Made by a program: the position numbers and the translations under genes. From Escherichia coli (GTDB lineage Bacteria; Pseudomonadota; Gammaproteobacteria; Enterobacterales; Enterobacteriaceae), in assembly GCF_009931435.1 (NCBI RefSeq), contig NZ_CP043415.1: a stretch of 64,000 nucleotides of DNA. The stretch is one strand, 5' to 3'. This document shows, piece after piece, positions 47,414-57,543 of this stretch. How positions within the stretch are numbered: position 1 is the stretch's first letter; the number at the start of each line of letters is the position of its first letter. The notes beneath the pieces are model-generated. The model had not been told where the DNA came from. It saw only the letters and a list, made by a program, of their open reading frames with translations, and searched no databases.

Positions 47414-47839
47414 TCAGTCCAGTGCCGCGTAAATCGCGTTACATTCGGGGTGAAATTCGATGTGGCTCCACAACTGCGCATCGCGCATCCGGTAAAGCTG
47501 GGTCAGTCCTGCATCCCCACTGTCGTGGTACAGCCACAACTGGCGGTTAATCACAAGGGAAGTCAGAATGATGCCTGCGGCATCGGCGCTGACCGTGCGG
47601 TCAAACCAGTTTTCACCGTTGACCAGATGAAAACGGTCGCCATCCGGCATCATGTAACCGCCACCGTCCGGCAGGCGGATGAAGTGCCAGAATCCGCCTT
47701 CATATTCCGGCATCATTTTTTTCGCCAGCGCGTATACAGACGCTTCGGCATACAGAAAATCCAGGCCAAACAGGTAAGGCAGAAAAGACAGACGGTCGCA
47801 CTCTTCAACGTTCAGAGTGACAGGTTTCGCATACTGCAT
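47414..47839 (-). CDS. ArdB/KlcA-family antirestriction protein (candidate)
   Basis: 141 aa; [20 protein letters not shown] resembles the KlcA/ArdB family as remembered. Confidence 0.65.
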   Translation of the reverse strand: MQYAKPVTLNVEECDRLSFLPYLFGLDFLYAEASVYALAKKMMPEYEGGFWHFIRLPDGGGYMMPDGDRFHLVNGENWFDRTVSADAAGIILTSLVINRQLWLYHDSGDAGLTQLYRMRDAQLWSHIEFHPECNAIYAALD

Positions 47840-48220
47840 GATGTTTTCCTCCGTTGTTCACATATTCCGCGACACCGGGCGGTGCCGTGCCTCCATAAAA
47901 GCCGGGCGATAAGGCGGGGATGCACAGGGCGCAAGGGAAGCCGCAGCCTGACGCACACGGCTGACGGGAGTTGGAGGGTGAGACAGCGAAATCTGAGCGG
48001 GTGAACGACCGGAAAATCACGGCAGACGGGAAGGAGGGACCGGGTGACCGCAGCGGCGAAGCGTACCCTTGCATCCCTGCCAGCCCGGCTAAGATGGAGG
48101 CACGGCACAGCCCGCACACGACACGGCGGCCACATAACTGAAAATCCACAAGGCCATGCCCCGCATGGCTGGGTAAAGCGGAGCCGCCGGCGACTTCCTT
48201 TGTGCTCTGTCCGGGGACCG

Positions 48221-48248
48221 GCAGGAAAAAGGCGGGGATTTCCCCGCC
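48221..48248 (-). terminator. Rho-independent terminator after the 256-aa gene
   Basis: Minus strand GGCGGGGAAATCCCCGCC followed by TTTTT. Confidence 0.5.
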
Positions 48249-48252
48249 ATCA

Positions 48253-49023
48253 TCAGCCCCTGATTTTTGCCAGGGCATCCGCCATGCTGCGGATTTCATC
48301 CCGTGCCTCCAGAACAACCTCCCGCAGAATATCCCGGTCAAACCAGCGACGGGACGGTTCATCCGGTATACGCAGCACATCACAGACCAGACCACTGGCC
48401 AGGATATGCTCCACACACTCACAGACCAGGTACATTTCCACAGAGGAAAAACGTGCGCCACGGTTCAGAATGGCATCGAGCACCACGGGCAGATTTTCGT
48501 CATCTTCATCAAGCCAGCAGGGGTAATCGCTTTCCTTCACAACCAGACGAAAGCGGCGCGTCTGGCGGGTCAGCAACGTCTGACCGGTGGTGGTCAGCGC
48601 CGCCCGGATACGCCGCGCATCGTCTGCCACCTGGTAACAGATGCTTCGTACTGCATTGCGCACCGCATCAAGAACTGCCCTGATTTCGTCTTCGGTCAGC
48701 CATTCACCGGCATACGGAAAAGACACCTGTGTTCCGTCTGCCGGAAGTACCGGCAGCGACTGCCACTGACTGCCGGACAGAACAAGTTCCGCCCCGGTTC
48801 CGGTCAGTTTCTGAATGGCGGAGGCCAGGTGCGGCGGCAGTACGCCATCGTGGCGGTTAACGAGTAACGTCGCCAGCCGGGGCGCATCCAGCCGCACGTA
48901 AATGCTGATCCAGCCCGGATACTTCAGGTTACGCTGGTCAACATCCGTCTCTTCCGGCCAGCCCTGCGCCAGCAGCAGGTCGCGGGCATGACGACAAATC
49001 AGTGCATTCAGCGTTTTATTCAT
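48253..49023 (-). CDS. Hypothetical protein, 256 aa
   Basis: ORF track only; no recognised motif. Confidence 0.6.
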   Translation of the reverse strand: MNKTLNALICRHARDLLLAQGWPEETDVDQRNLKYPGWISIYVRLDAPRLATLLVNRHDGVLPPHLASAIQKLTGTGAELVLSGSQWQSLPVLPADGTQVSFPYAGEWLTEDEIRAVLDAVRNAVRSICYQVADDARRIRAALTTTGQTLLTRQTRRFRLVVKESDYPCWLDEDDENLPVVLDAILNRGARFSSVEMYLVCECVEHILASGLVCDVLRIPDEPSRRWFDRDILREVVLEARDEIRSMADALAKIRG

Positions 49024-49067
49024 GATTCATGGTCTCCCTGAATCGCCGCCCGGAGGCGGCGATAACA

Positions 49068-49535
49068 TCAGTCGTTTTCGTGCGTGTTGTTTTTCAGCAG
49101 GATGCGGGCCTGATTAACCACCGCCTGACGGCGGGTAACGCATTCCGGGACGGCGAGGCCGTAATCACGGGCGGCCCATTCACGCTTCCACAATGCCTGT
49201 TCAGCGGTCTGAATCAGGGACGCCAGCAGTTCAGCAGGGACGGTCACCTGGCGGTTTTCGCTCACGTTGCTGATAATCTCCATCGCCGCGGCGGAAGAAA
49301 TACCGGACTCAATTCGCTGGTCTTCCGGGATGTCCTCCAGGCGCGCCAGGACGGTCCTGATTTCATGATCGGACAGGGAAATATCCATTCCGTCAGCGAG
49401 GGCCTGAATCTCTTCCGGGGACCAGACAACCAGCATCAACGGCGTGTCTCCCGGATACTTTGCTGCCAGCTCCCGGCATAGCGTTTCGCATGTTCCGTAC
49501 ATTCTCGTCTCCTTCTCAATCTTTAAAGCACGCAT
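49068..49535 (-). CDS. Hypothetical protein, 155 aa (paralogue of the 133-aa protein)
   Basis: Shared RQVTVPAELL motif. Confidence 0.6.
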   Translation of the reverse strand: MRALKIEKETRMYGTCETLCRELAAKYPGDTPLMLVVWSPEEIQALADGMDISLSDHEIRTVLARLEDIPEDQRIESGISSAAAMEIISNVSENRQVTVPAELLASLIQTAEQALWKREWAARDYGLAVPECVTRRQAVVNQARILLKNNTHEND

Positions 49536-49737
49536 CCAGTTCCAGAATTTCGGTATATGCCTCCATCAGGAGGCGGTTTGCGCGAAACAACGTCTGACGC
49601 ACCAGACGTTCCGGAAGGGTGTCAGCATTAAAGCTGTACCGCCGCTCCATCTCATTCATGGTTGTACGCAGGTCGCACATGGCATTGGCCACCTCCGCCA
49701 CTTCGGCGCGAAGTTTTTCGTGTCCGGCATAGTGCAT
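49516..49737 (-). CDS. Small hypothetical protein, 73 aa, starts 1 nt after the methyltransferase stop
   Basis: ORF track; compact operon spacing. Confidence 0.45.
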   Translation of the reverse strand: MHYAGHEKLRAEVAEVANAMCDLRTTMNEMERRYSFNADTLPERLVRQTLFRANRLLMEAYTEILELDACFKD

Positions 49738-50421
49738 TTACGCAGCCTCCGGCATAAACCAGTCATCATTCGCGGCCCCCTGCTGCATGGCCCGTTGCAC
49801 GGCGGAAAGGCGTTGCTGCCCGGCACGGTGATACTGCTCAAGCAGCTCGATACCGATATACCGGCGTCCGGACTGGAGGGCGGCGACGCAGGTTGAGCCG
49901 CTGCCTGCAAACGGGTCCAGCACAATTGCGTTCGGGTGTGTGAAGCTCTCAATCAGCGGTTGCAGGCTGGTAACGGGCTTTTCCGTCGGGTGATGGCGAT
50001 TGCCCGAATATTTCCAGCCCAGCACGTCCGGCAGCGGGTTTTGTGGCAGACGTGGACGGCCTTTTGCCAGGATGTAGGCGCATTCGTGGCGATAGCCCAC
50101 ATATGCGGCCTTCGATGTGTAGTTTTTGGTGAAGACCAGGTGACCAACCACGCTGAATCCCGCATTTTTCCAGGCGGCCACAAAGCGATCGACGCGGTTC
50201 CAGCCATAGAAGCTGACCATCAGCGCATCTTTTTTGAGTACGCGGTACATTTCATTACAGGCCGGTTGCAGCCATTCATCGGTTTTATCGCCAGCGATGG
50301 TGCGCCCGGAACGGTCACGGAAACCGACGAGGTACGGCGGGTCGGTGAGGATGAAATCAATGGCGTTATCAGGGATACGGGCTATAACATCGATGCAGTT
50401 ACCGAGGACAAAACGGGACAT
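49738..50421 (-). CDS. Orphan DNA methyltransferase, beta-class N6-adenine/N4-cytosine type
   Basis: 227 aa; DPPY near N-terminus, SAM motif LDPFAGSGSTCVAA near C-terminus; no adjacent endonuclease. Confidence 0.88.
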   Translation of the reverse strand: MSRFVLGNCIDVIARIPDNAIDFILTDPPYLVGFRDRSGRTIAGDKTDEWLQPACNEMYRVLKKDALMVSFYGWNRVDRFVAAWKNAGFSVVGHLVFTKNYTSKAAYVGYRHECAYILAKGRPRLPQNPLPDVLGWKYSGNRHHPTEKPVTSLQPLIESFTHPNAIVLDPFAGSGSTCVAALQSGRRYIGIELLEQYHRAGQQRLSAVQRAMQQGAANDDWFMPEAA

Positions 50422-50804
50422 ACAAAACGCCTTCTCTTACAGAGGGCACCGGGAGGGCACCCCTGTGGTGCCCGTTCCCCGCTGCCTGTGGGCTGTTCAC
50501 CGCGTCCGGTAACGGGTCAGGCCGACCGTGGAATACCGCAGCCGTCGTCTGTTTGACGGCAAGGTTATGCCGCGAAAGCGGCTTGAAGGGCGTTCATCAG
50601 AAAAGGGCGACAGGCTGGCGTACACTGTCACCGACGCCAGCCGGGAGCGGTAAAAGCGCCCGTCCCGTGCCCGCCGGACGCGGGACACTGACCACAGGCA
50701 GCGTTTATGCCGCGCCGCGTCAGCCGGCGCAGTAAAAAGAGGAGCATGGCGACATCCTTTACCGGAAAAGAAACGGGCAGTTGCCCGCCCGTCTCCGTCA
50801 TACT

Positions 50805-51707
50805 TCATCCACCGTAATGCGCCACCTTGTCGACTATCCACGCAGGTCCGGTGACTTCCGGCAGCTCATCGTCATCTGTCGGGGAAGACCATTCCAGTTC
50901 CCCCCACAGCACATCAACAAGCTCTCCACGCTCATATCGCTGCCAGCCACAGAAATTGCAGCCCTGTTCGGCGTACCAGTGCTCCAGCGTGCAGCCGAAA
51001 CGGCGGCTTAATTCTGCAACAACGTCGCTTTCCGGCTGACACCACGGCGTGTCGAAATCCACCTGAATGAAGTTTTCCCCCTGACTGCTGATATTCAGGT
51101 CATACCCACAAGGCCACTTCACGCCATACCGTTCTGTATACCAGTGATATGCAGAAGGAACACCGTTCAGAACACCACCGTTAAAGCCATTCACTTCAAC
51201 ATCCAGGCGGGTCGGCAGAACCGTCAGCAGGTCAAACGGCATGGTTTTTTCCGGCACTACGTTGTCACACAGACGGTTCCACCACACCGATACATCCTCG
51301 TTACCCCAGATGTCACACCAGTCACCTCTTTTTGCGGTGAAATGCACAGTGATGGTTTCCCTGACATCATCCGGTAACCCTTCCCAGCGACGCTGTCCAG
51401 TACCGCTCTGCAGCCAGAGTTCATGCAGCATCAGGCAGTTTTGCTCATCCAGCAGTACACCGTTCTGCAGGTGTGTCAGCCAGCGGGTGAACGCGATATT
51501 TTCCGTCGATACAGCACCACGTCCGGCAGCCGTCACTCCGGGGCACTGCTCAGAGCGGATATTTTCAGTGATCTGCAGAAGTCCGGCACTTCCGGCCAGA
51601 AACAGCTGAATACCTTCATTTGTGGCGCGGCGATAAAACGGTGTGACTGCACCGCTGGCCCGTCGTTTAATCTCAGCAATCTGTGCCGGTTCACCAGAAA
51701 AATGCAT
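50805..51707 (-). CDS. Hypothetical protein, 300 aa; ATG sits at the predicted 3' end of the group II intron
   Basis: ORF track; Trp/Cys-rich; no family assigned. Confidence 0.6.
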   Translation of the reverse strand: MHFSGEPAQIAEIKRRASGAVTPFYRRATNEGIQLFLAGSAGLLQITENIRSEQCPGVTAAGRGAVSTENIAFTRWLTHLQNGVLLDEQNCLMLHELWLQSGTGQRRWEGLPDDVRETITVHFTAKRGDWCDIWGNEDVSVWWNRLCDNVVPEKTMPFDLLTVLPTRLDVEVNGFNGGVLNGVPSAYHWYTERYGVKWPCGYDLNISSQGENFIQVDFDTPWCQPESDVVAELSRRFGCTLEHWYAEQGCNFCGWQRYERGELVDVLWGELEWSSPTDDDELPEVTGPAWIVDKVAHYGG

Positions 51708-54096
51708 ACGATCGGGTAGCAGTGATGCATTACTGCATCACCGCCCCCTAAGAACCGTACGTGCCAGTTTCCCGGCATACGGCTCAAGCCTTTCTAAGCC
51801 CACTCTCATGAGCCGGTTTCACTACATGTATACCTTTCGCATGAACAAGTGTGTGACACATCGGATGCAGCATAATCAAATTGGAGAGGCAGTTGCTCCC
51901 TCCATCGACTCGCCGTATGATGTGATGAACCTGCCACTGGGAATCAGATGTAATCCTCTCATCACATATGGGGCATCGGCCCCGCTGCTCAAACCAGATT
52001 TGAATGAGCTTTTTCCGTCCTTGCAGTTTGTGCCGCATTTTGTCTGCACAACGCTCCTCAAAGTACATCTCCCATTGAGGATCGAACGGATTAGCTGCAA
52101 TTTTAATCGGTTTAAACCGGTTGATAGGCGTATCGATTGCTTTCCTCAGATTTGCATACTGAGGCTTACCGTTGGCAAGGAGTTCTCCGGTAGCCGTGGA
52201 GAAAGACCAGTTTCGGGCACCTTGTTGATGGAAATATCTTTTCCGAATCCACTTCTTTCCCTTATTGGGATGACGCCGAACAGCCCAACGCCATAAAGCC
52301 AGCCAGATCTCATTGTCAACTTTGTTAAATGCGACCTTGGCCACAATGTGTTGATGGTAAGCCGCCCACCCTTTGATCATTGGGTTCAGCATGCGGATCA
52401 ACGTAAGCTGATCCATAGCTTTGTTGCCTTTGATTACAGCGCGTATTTTCTTTAAAAAGGAACTGACATTGGCTTTAGAGGGTTTGATCAGCATCTTACC
52501 GCCATATTTGCGAATGTTCTGTCCAAGAAAATCAAATCCTTCCTCGATATGTGTGATTTTCGTCTTTTCCGGAGAAAGCATTAATCCTCTTTCAGCCATA
52601 AACCGCCTGACGACGGGTAATACCTGAGACTCAAGAAGTTCTTTTGACTCTCCAGTGATAATAAAATCATCAGCATATCTCACATAGTTAACTTTCGGGT
52701 TAACCAATCGTCCCTTGACTGTTCTCTTTTTAAACTCCGAAGCAAGAAGCGCCTCCAGTCCATCCAGAGCAATGTTAGCCAGTACAGGAGAAATTATTCC
52801 CCCCTGAGGAGTTCCTGAATTTACAGGGAATAACTGCCCCTTTTCCCTGTAACCCGCTTTAAGCCACTTTGTCAGGATTTGTCTGTCTGTTGAGGTGTTA
52901 TCGATTAGCCATTGATGAGATATATTGTCAAAGCATCCCCGTATATCCCCCTCAAGCACCCATTCAGCGGATGTTTTCTGCGCAAGAACACAGAAGCACT
53001 GTGCTATCGCATCTGCAGTAGACCTTCCAGTCCGAAAGCCGAAGGATCTCTGGTCAGCAGTGACTTCAGCAACGGGCTCAAGAGCCAGCAAATACAACGC
53101 CTGCATCGCCCGATCCTTCATAGTGGGTATCCCAAGGGGACGAGACTTCCCATTTGACTTAGGTATATAAACCCGCTTAAGTGGCTGTGGTTTGTAACCA
53201 CGCCGTTTCAGCAGGTTAATAGCAAGAAATTTAACCTCCGGGGAAGACCATGTCTGACCATCAACCCCAGGAGTACGTTTCCCGCTATTCTCTGTAACTC
53301 GTCTGACAGCAACTGCTCTGCCACTAAACGAGTGAGTCAGTATCCATTGCAAGGATTTGACCTTGCCATGTTTACCTTCTCGTGTTGCCTTTACGATACG
53401 CGCTTGCAGTCTCCGCACTTCCCGATAGCACTGACGCCAGTTGATACTGTGCCAGGAGTCACCGTTAAGTAAGGACGCACCTTTACAGGTTGTAGCCTGC
53501 TCAGTCATCTGCTTTTCCTTTCTGGAAGATTACTCAAACTCTCTCGTAATGAAAGACCCAGTGGAAGTCTGCCCGCTTTCGCGTAGGGTAATGTTGCCGG
53601 GCTCAACCCTTATCCGGTCCATTACAGACTGGCATTCGCTTTTTCCACCTTCTTTTACCCGCACCGCCAACAGTATCCCTTGCGGTTAACCTGCCTCACG
53701 AGGCAGCGATACGGGCTTACCATGTTCCACCTGAATAACAACAGTAGGTTAGACTCTGCTCACAACACCGGTGGTTTATTGTCCGTGTACCCCTAGCAAA
53801 CAGAGGAGTAACCAACCACATACCTTTTGGTTCAAGCCTGTCAGCATCTTTGGCTTGTTCTGGTTAACGACGCTTCAGCAGTTCACATATGTTAGTCATG
53901 CTACCGAGCCTAGACCTCCTCCGCCTGATGCTGGCAGATTACATGTAACCTCACGGTTTCATGCGATCCGAAGATCCGGTTTCATTGTCCTGACAGCTTC
54001 ACACCCCACCGTTACCAGTGACGCATGTGTCAGTAGGCTACTGATGACGGAACATCAGGTTCCCTGACGGAATCGAACTCCGCTGGAACAATTATT
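51708..54096 (-). mobile_element. Group II intron (3' boundary approximate)
   Basis: 5' end GTGCGAC (complement of 54096-54090); domain V GAGCCGTATGCCGGGAAACTGGCACGTACGGTTC at 51752-51785; internal RT ORF. Confidence 0.8.
51784..53508 (-). CDS. Group II intron-encoded reverse transcriptase/maturase with C-terminal HNH endonuclease
   Basis: 574 aa; YADD motif; maturase region; HH...C..C HNH-like C-terminus. Confidence 0.95.
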   Translation of the reverse strand: MTEQATTCKGASLLNGDSWHSINWRQCYREVRRLQARIVKATREGKHGKVKSLQWILTHSFSGRAVAVRRVTENSGKRTPGVDGQTWSSPEVKFLAINLLKRRGYKPQPLKRVYIPKSNGKSRPLGIPTMKDRAMQALYLLALEPVAEVTADQRSFGFRTGRSTADAIAQCFCVLAQKTSAEWVLEGDIRGCFDNISHQWLIDNTSTDRQILTKWLKAGYREKGQLFPVNSGTPQGGIISPVLANIALDGLEALLASEFKKRTVKGRLVNPKVNYVRYADDFIITGESKELLESQVLPVVRRFMAERGLMLSPEKTKITHIEEGFDFLGQNIRKYGGKMLIKPSKANVSSFLKKIRAVIKGNKAMDQLTLIRMLNPMIKGWAAYHQHIVAKVAFNKVDNEIWLALWRWAVRRHPNKGKKWIRKRYFHQQGARNWSFSTATGELLANGKPQYANLRKAIDTPINRFKPIKIAANPFDPQWEMYFEERCADKMRHKLQGRKKLIQIWFEQRGRCPICDERITSDSQWQVHHIIRRVDGGSNCLSNLIMLHPMCHTLVHAKGIHVVKPAHESGLRKA

Positions 54097-54491
54097 CAGG
54101 CGACTTCATGTCGCACATTTGAGCACCAGTTTGGCATGGGAATTCTCCTCTCACATGCGGCCTCCACCAGGCCGTGCCGCACCTGTAACCGGGCGACCGC
54201 ATACGAATGCAGGTGCGGCCCCGAAGCCGCAGCGCGTGGAGGAGGAACGACGAAACGTGACCGGGTGAGGAGGCCGGCGACAGCGACACACTTGCATCGG
54301 ATGCAGCCCGGTTAACGTGCCGGCACGGCCTGGGTAACCAGGTATTTTGTCCACAGAACCGTGCACAAAATGCTGTGGATAAGCTGGACACAGCCGTCCA
54401 CAGCAGGCATACAGCCACACCCTCAGAGAATTGAGCGTTTTTTAGTCACAATAATGACATTTGACTGTGTGTGGATTCAGTTATTAGAATA

Positions 54492-54507
54492 CTGTATATG
54501 CATACAG
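54492..54507 (+). promoter_or_regulatory. LexA (SOS) box CTGTATATGCATACAG upstream of impC
   Basis: CTGT-N8-ACAG palindrome about 24 bp upstream of the impC ATG. Confidence 0.7.
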
Positions 54508-54530
54508 CAAAAGAAAAGGGAGATGAGAAC

Positions 54531-54779
54531 ATGATCCGCATTGAAATTCTTTTCGACCGCCAGAGCACAAAAAACCTCAAATCAGGCACACTTCAGGCGC
54601 TACAGAATGAAATCGAACGACGTCTGAAACCACACTACCCGGAAATCTGGCTGCGTATAGACCAGGGCAGCGCCCCGTCTGTATCTGTCACAGGAGCCCG
54701 CAACGACAAGGATAAAGAACGTATCCTGTCTCTGCTGGAAGAAATCTGGCAGGACGACAGCTGGCTGCCTGCAGCATGA
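54531..54779 (+). CDS. impC: ImpC (DinI-family); track ORF starts at 54471
   Basis: MIRIEILFDRQS...KDKERILSLLEEIWQDDSWL resembles DinI. Confidence 0.8.
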   Translation: MIRIEILFDRQSTKNLKSGTLQALQNEIERRLKPHYPEIWLRIDQGSAPSVSVTGARNDKDKERILSLLEEIWQDDSWLPAA

Positions 54780-55195
54780 GTACCGTTTATCACCGTCCGG
54801 CTGACCCTTCAGGCAATGACAGTTACGTGCGACCGTTGTTTGCCGATCGTTGCCAGGCCGGTTTTCCTTCGCCTGCCACTGATTATGCTGAGCAGGAACT
54901 GGATCTGAACAGCTATTGCATCAGCAGACCTGCAGCCACCTTCTTTCTGCGCGCCAGCGGTGAATCGATGAACCAGGCTGGCGTGCAGAATGGTGATCTG
55001 CTGGTAGTGGACAGGGCCGAAAAACCACAACACGGGGACATCGTTATCGCTGAGATCGACGGGGAGTTCACCGTCAAACGACTGCTGTTGCGCCCACGCC
55101 CGGCACTGGAGCCGGTTTCAGACAGCCCGGAGTTCCGCACACTGTATCCGGAAAACATCTGTATTTTTGGTGTTGTCACTCACGTTGTTCATTGA
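54776..55195 (+). CDS. impA: ImpA (UmuD-like, S24 LexA-type peptidase)
   Basis: 139 aa; CQAGFPSPATDY, SGESM and K in FTVKRL align to UmuD. Confidence 0.88.
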   Translation: MSTVYHRPADPSGNDSYVRPLFADRCQAGFPSPATDYAEQELDLNSYCISRPAATFFLRASGESMNQAGVQNGDLLVVDRAEKPQHGDIVIAEIDGEFTVKRLLLRPRPALEPVSDSPEFRTLYPENICIFGVVTHVVH

Positions 55196-56152
55196 TTTGC
55201 GGGGGGTGAACCGTTGCATCTCTCCGGAGGTTTTTGGTCATCAGCTCAGGGAACAAGTAAAGAGCTGGACAGGACTCGCCATGGGGGTGGGCATTGCACC
55301 TACAAAAACGCTGGCCAAAAGTGCACAGTGGGCAACAAAGCAATGGCCACAGTTTTCCGGTGTGGTCGCGCTGACGGCAGAAAACCGTAATCGGACCTTC
55401 AAGTTACTGGGGCAGCAGCCTGTTGGTGAAGTCTGGGGAGTAGGACGCAGACTGACGGAAAAGCTGAATGCGCAGGGTATTAACACAGCGCAGCAGCTGG
55501 CGCAGGCTAACACGGCATTCATCCGGAAAAACTTCAGCGTCATTCTTGAGCATACAGTACGCGAACTCAACGGCGAGTCCTGCATATCTCCGGAAGAAGC
55601 CCCACCGGCAAAACAGCAGATTGTCTGTAGCCGCAGTTTTGGTGAACGAATCACAGACAAAGATGCCATGCACCAGGCTGTTGTTCAGTATGCAGAGCGG
55701 GCCGCAGAGAAACTACGTGGGGAGCGTCAGTATTGCCGGCAGGTGGCGACATTTATACGAACGTCACCCTTTGCAGTGAAAGCCCCTGTTACAGCAATTC
55801 CGCTGTGGAAAAGCTTCCATTGCCTACACAGGACAGCCGGGACATTATTGCCGCAGCATGCAGAGCGTTAAACCATGTCTGGCGTGAAGGGTACCGCTAT
55901 ATGAAGGCAGGAGTCATGCTGGCTGATTTCACACCATCGGGTATAGCGCAGCCGGGATTATTTGATGAAATCCAGCCCCATAAAAACAGCGAAAAGTTAA
56001 TGAAAACACTCGATGAACTGAACCAGTCGGGAAAAGGGAAAGTGTGGTTTGCGGGGCGAGGAACCGCCCCTGAATGGCAAATGAAACGGGAAATGTTGAG
56101 TCAGTGTTATACAACTAAATGGCGAGATATTCCCCTGGCCAGGCTGGGTTAG
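55167..56152 (+). pseudogene. impB: impB (UmuC-like) remnant: 5' ~100 codons absent, plus a frameshift near 55780
   Basis: Track ORFs 55167-55871 and 55733-56152 together align to UmuC from about residue 100 onward; no N-terminal catalytic region between impA and this point. Confidence 0.75.
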
Positions 56153-56153
56153 T

Positions 56154-56570
56154 TCAGTCATCTCCGAACATATTTTCAGCGTTTCTTCTGGTCTGGTCTT
56201 CACCGTCATTTCTCGACAGACTCTGCTCTGTAAGAGGAGTACTGCAATCCACAGACGTATGGAGACCAGATTGTTTTTCCAGTAATTCAAGCAATTTCTT
56301 TTCAACCGAAAAAGCACCTGGTATTACGCTGGAAATCACCTTATTAATATCATCCAGAGTCGTATTTTCTGTCAGTAACTCCGATATCAGCAAAGGAAGA
56401 CGTTTATCTATAGCTGCAAACGCCGCACCAGTAACTAACATCGCGCGCATGAAACGTCCCCGCTCCTTCAGTTTTTCATTTGCAATGAGCTCATCTGCTA
56501 TCTTATCTCCTGTCCGTTCATCCGGGAAAAGTTCAAATGAGCAGCGTCTGGATTTATTTTCATCACTCAT
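56154..56570 (-). CDS. parR: ParR/StbB partition adaptor
   Basis: 138 aa directly downstream of parM. Confidence 0.7.
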   Translation of the reverse strand: MSDENKSRRCSFELFPDERTGDKIADELIANEKLKERGRFMRAMLVTGAAFAAIDKRLPLLISELLTENTTLDDINKVISSVIPGAFSVEKKLLELLEKQSGLHTSVDCSTPLTEQSLSRNDGEDQTRRNAENMFGDD

Positions 56571-57543
56571 TAGTCACACCACCTTTCATTTTTATCATTC
56601 CCATGACTAAATCAAACTGCGGGGATGAGCTCAGATAAAAGCGCTCATCAGGAACCTTAGTCAGGTTCTTCACAGCCTCGGCCACAATTTCAGCCCCACC
56701 ACCAACACACATTACATGTGTATAGTCGGTGAAACGGCTGATGACATCATTAACTCGTTTAATAAGCAACTTCTGCCGTTCATTGATAACATTAATGATA
56801 GACTCACGCTGTTCAGCATTATAAATGCGACGGGAAAGGTAGTCAGGTTCATTACGGTGCACAATGATATTGTCAGCCTGGAATGAGCTCACTCTTGTAT
56901 TAGCATGTACAGCCATCTGTTCCTTAACCCCGGATGTAATCAGGGACACGCCGATATTCGGATCACACCAGGTTTTTGTAATCCCTGTCATTTTGCTACG
57001 AACATGCGACACATCAAGAGTTGTACCACCGAGATCTACGATCAAAAGGGATTCATCATCCTCAAGCCCCGCAAGAACACTGAAACCAGCGGGAATACTT
57101 TCAGGAAGAACGGAAACACTGCGAATAACAAATGCATCACTCCCCTGCACCCGTACTTCACGCATCACATTTTTTTTCTTTCTTTCAATGTTTTGCTTAT
57201 TTTTCTGATTGTTGGCGTCAAGGTATTCAGAGATCGGCAATGTGACGATGACATCAATAGGCTGCGCTTTCAGGCCGGTCTGCTGTAGCGCATGCTGAAT
57301 GGCCACAACATTCACATCACTGTACTGATAGCGTGTTTCAGTCGTTACGACAGCATCAGCACTTAATGGATCAAATGAAAACTTCTCGCCGTCGATCTCG
57401 TAATTAGCCGGGGCAGCATCATCCAGTAAACTAAAAGACCATTCCGGTTTAAAGCTGTTAGGGCTGATTAACGTTTTCACGTCACCATCCTCCAACCAGG
57501 CAAGTTTAATGTTGGTAGAACCATCATCAATAAAGATTTTCAT
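56563..57543 (-). CDS. parM: ParM/StbA actin-like segregation ATPase; start MKIFIDDGSTNIKL (track ORF extends to 57612)
   Basis: Strong similarity to R1 ParM as remembered (IDDGSTNIKL, DLGGTTLD, GGGAE motifs). Confidence 0.9.
   Translation of the reverse strand: MKIFIDDGSTNIKLAWLEDGDVKTLISPNSFKPEWSFSLLDDAAPANYEIDGEKFSFDPLSADAVVTTETRYQYSDVNVVAIQHALQQTGLKAQPIDVIVTLPISEYLDANNQKNKQNIERKKKNVMREVRVQGSDAFVIRSVSVLPESIPAGFSVLAGLEDDESLLIVDLGGTTLDVSHVRSKMTGITKTWCDPNIGVSLITSGVKEQMAVHANTRVSSFQADNIIVHRNEPDYLSRRIYNAEQRESIINVINERQKLLIKRVNDVISRFTDYTHVMCVGGGAEIVAEAVKNLTKVPDERFYLSSSPQFDLVMGMIKMKGGVTNE

Noticed and set aside
47805-48461. 218-aa minus-strand ORF spanning the ArdB-like start and the GC-rich spacer
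   Set aside because: Overlaps the ArdB-like gene start and a terminator hairpin, is Cys/Arg/Gly-rich, and has no RBS.
54092-54420. Minus-strand ORFs just upstream of the intron 5' end, considered as a 5' exon coding sequence
   Set aside because: Translations are Arg/Cys-rich and low-complexity; the region more plausibly holds the impC promoter and LexA box on the other strand.
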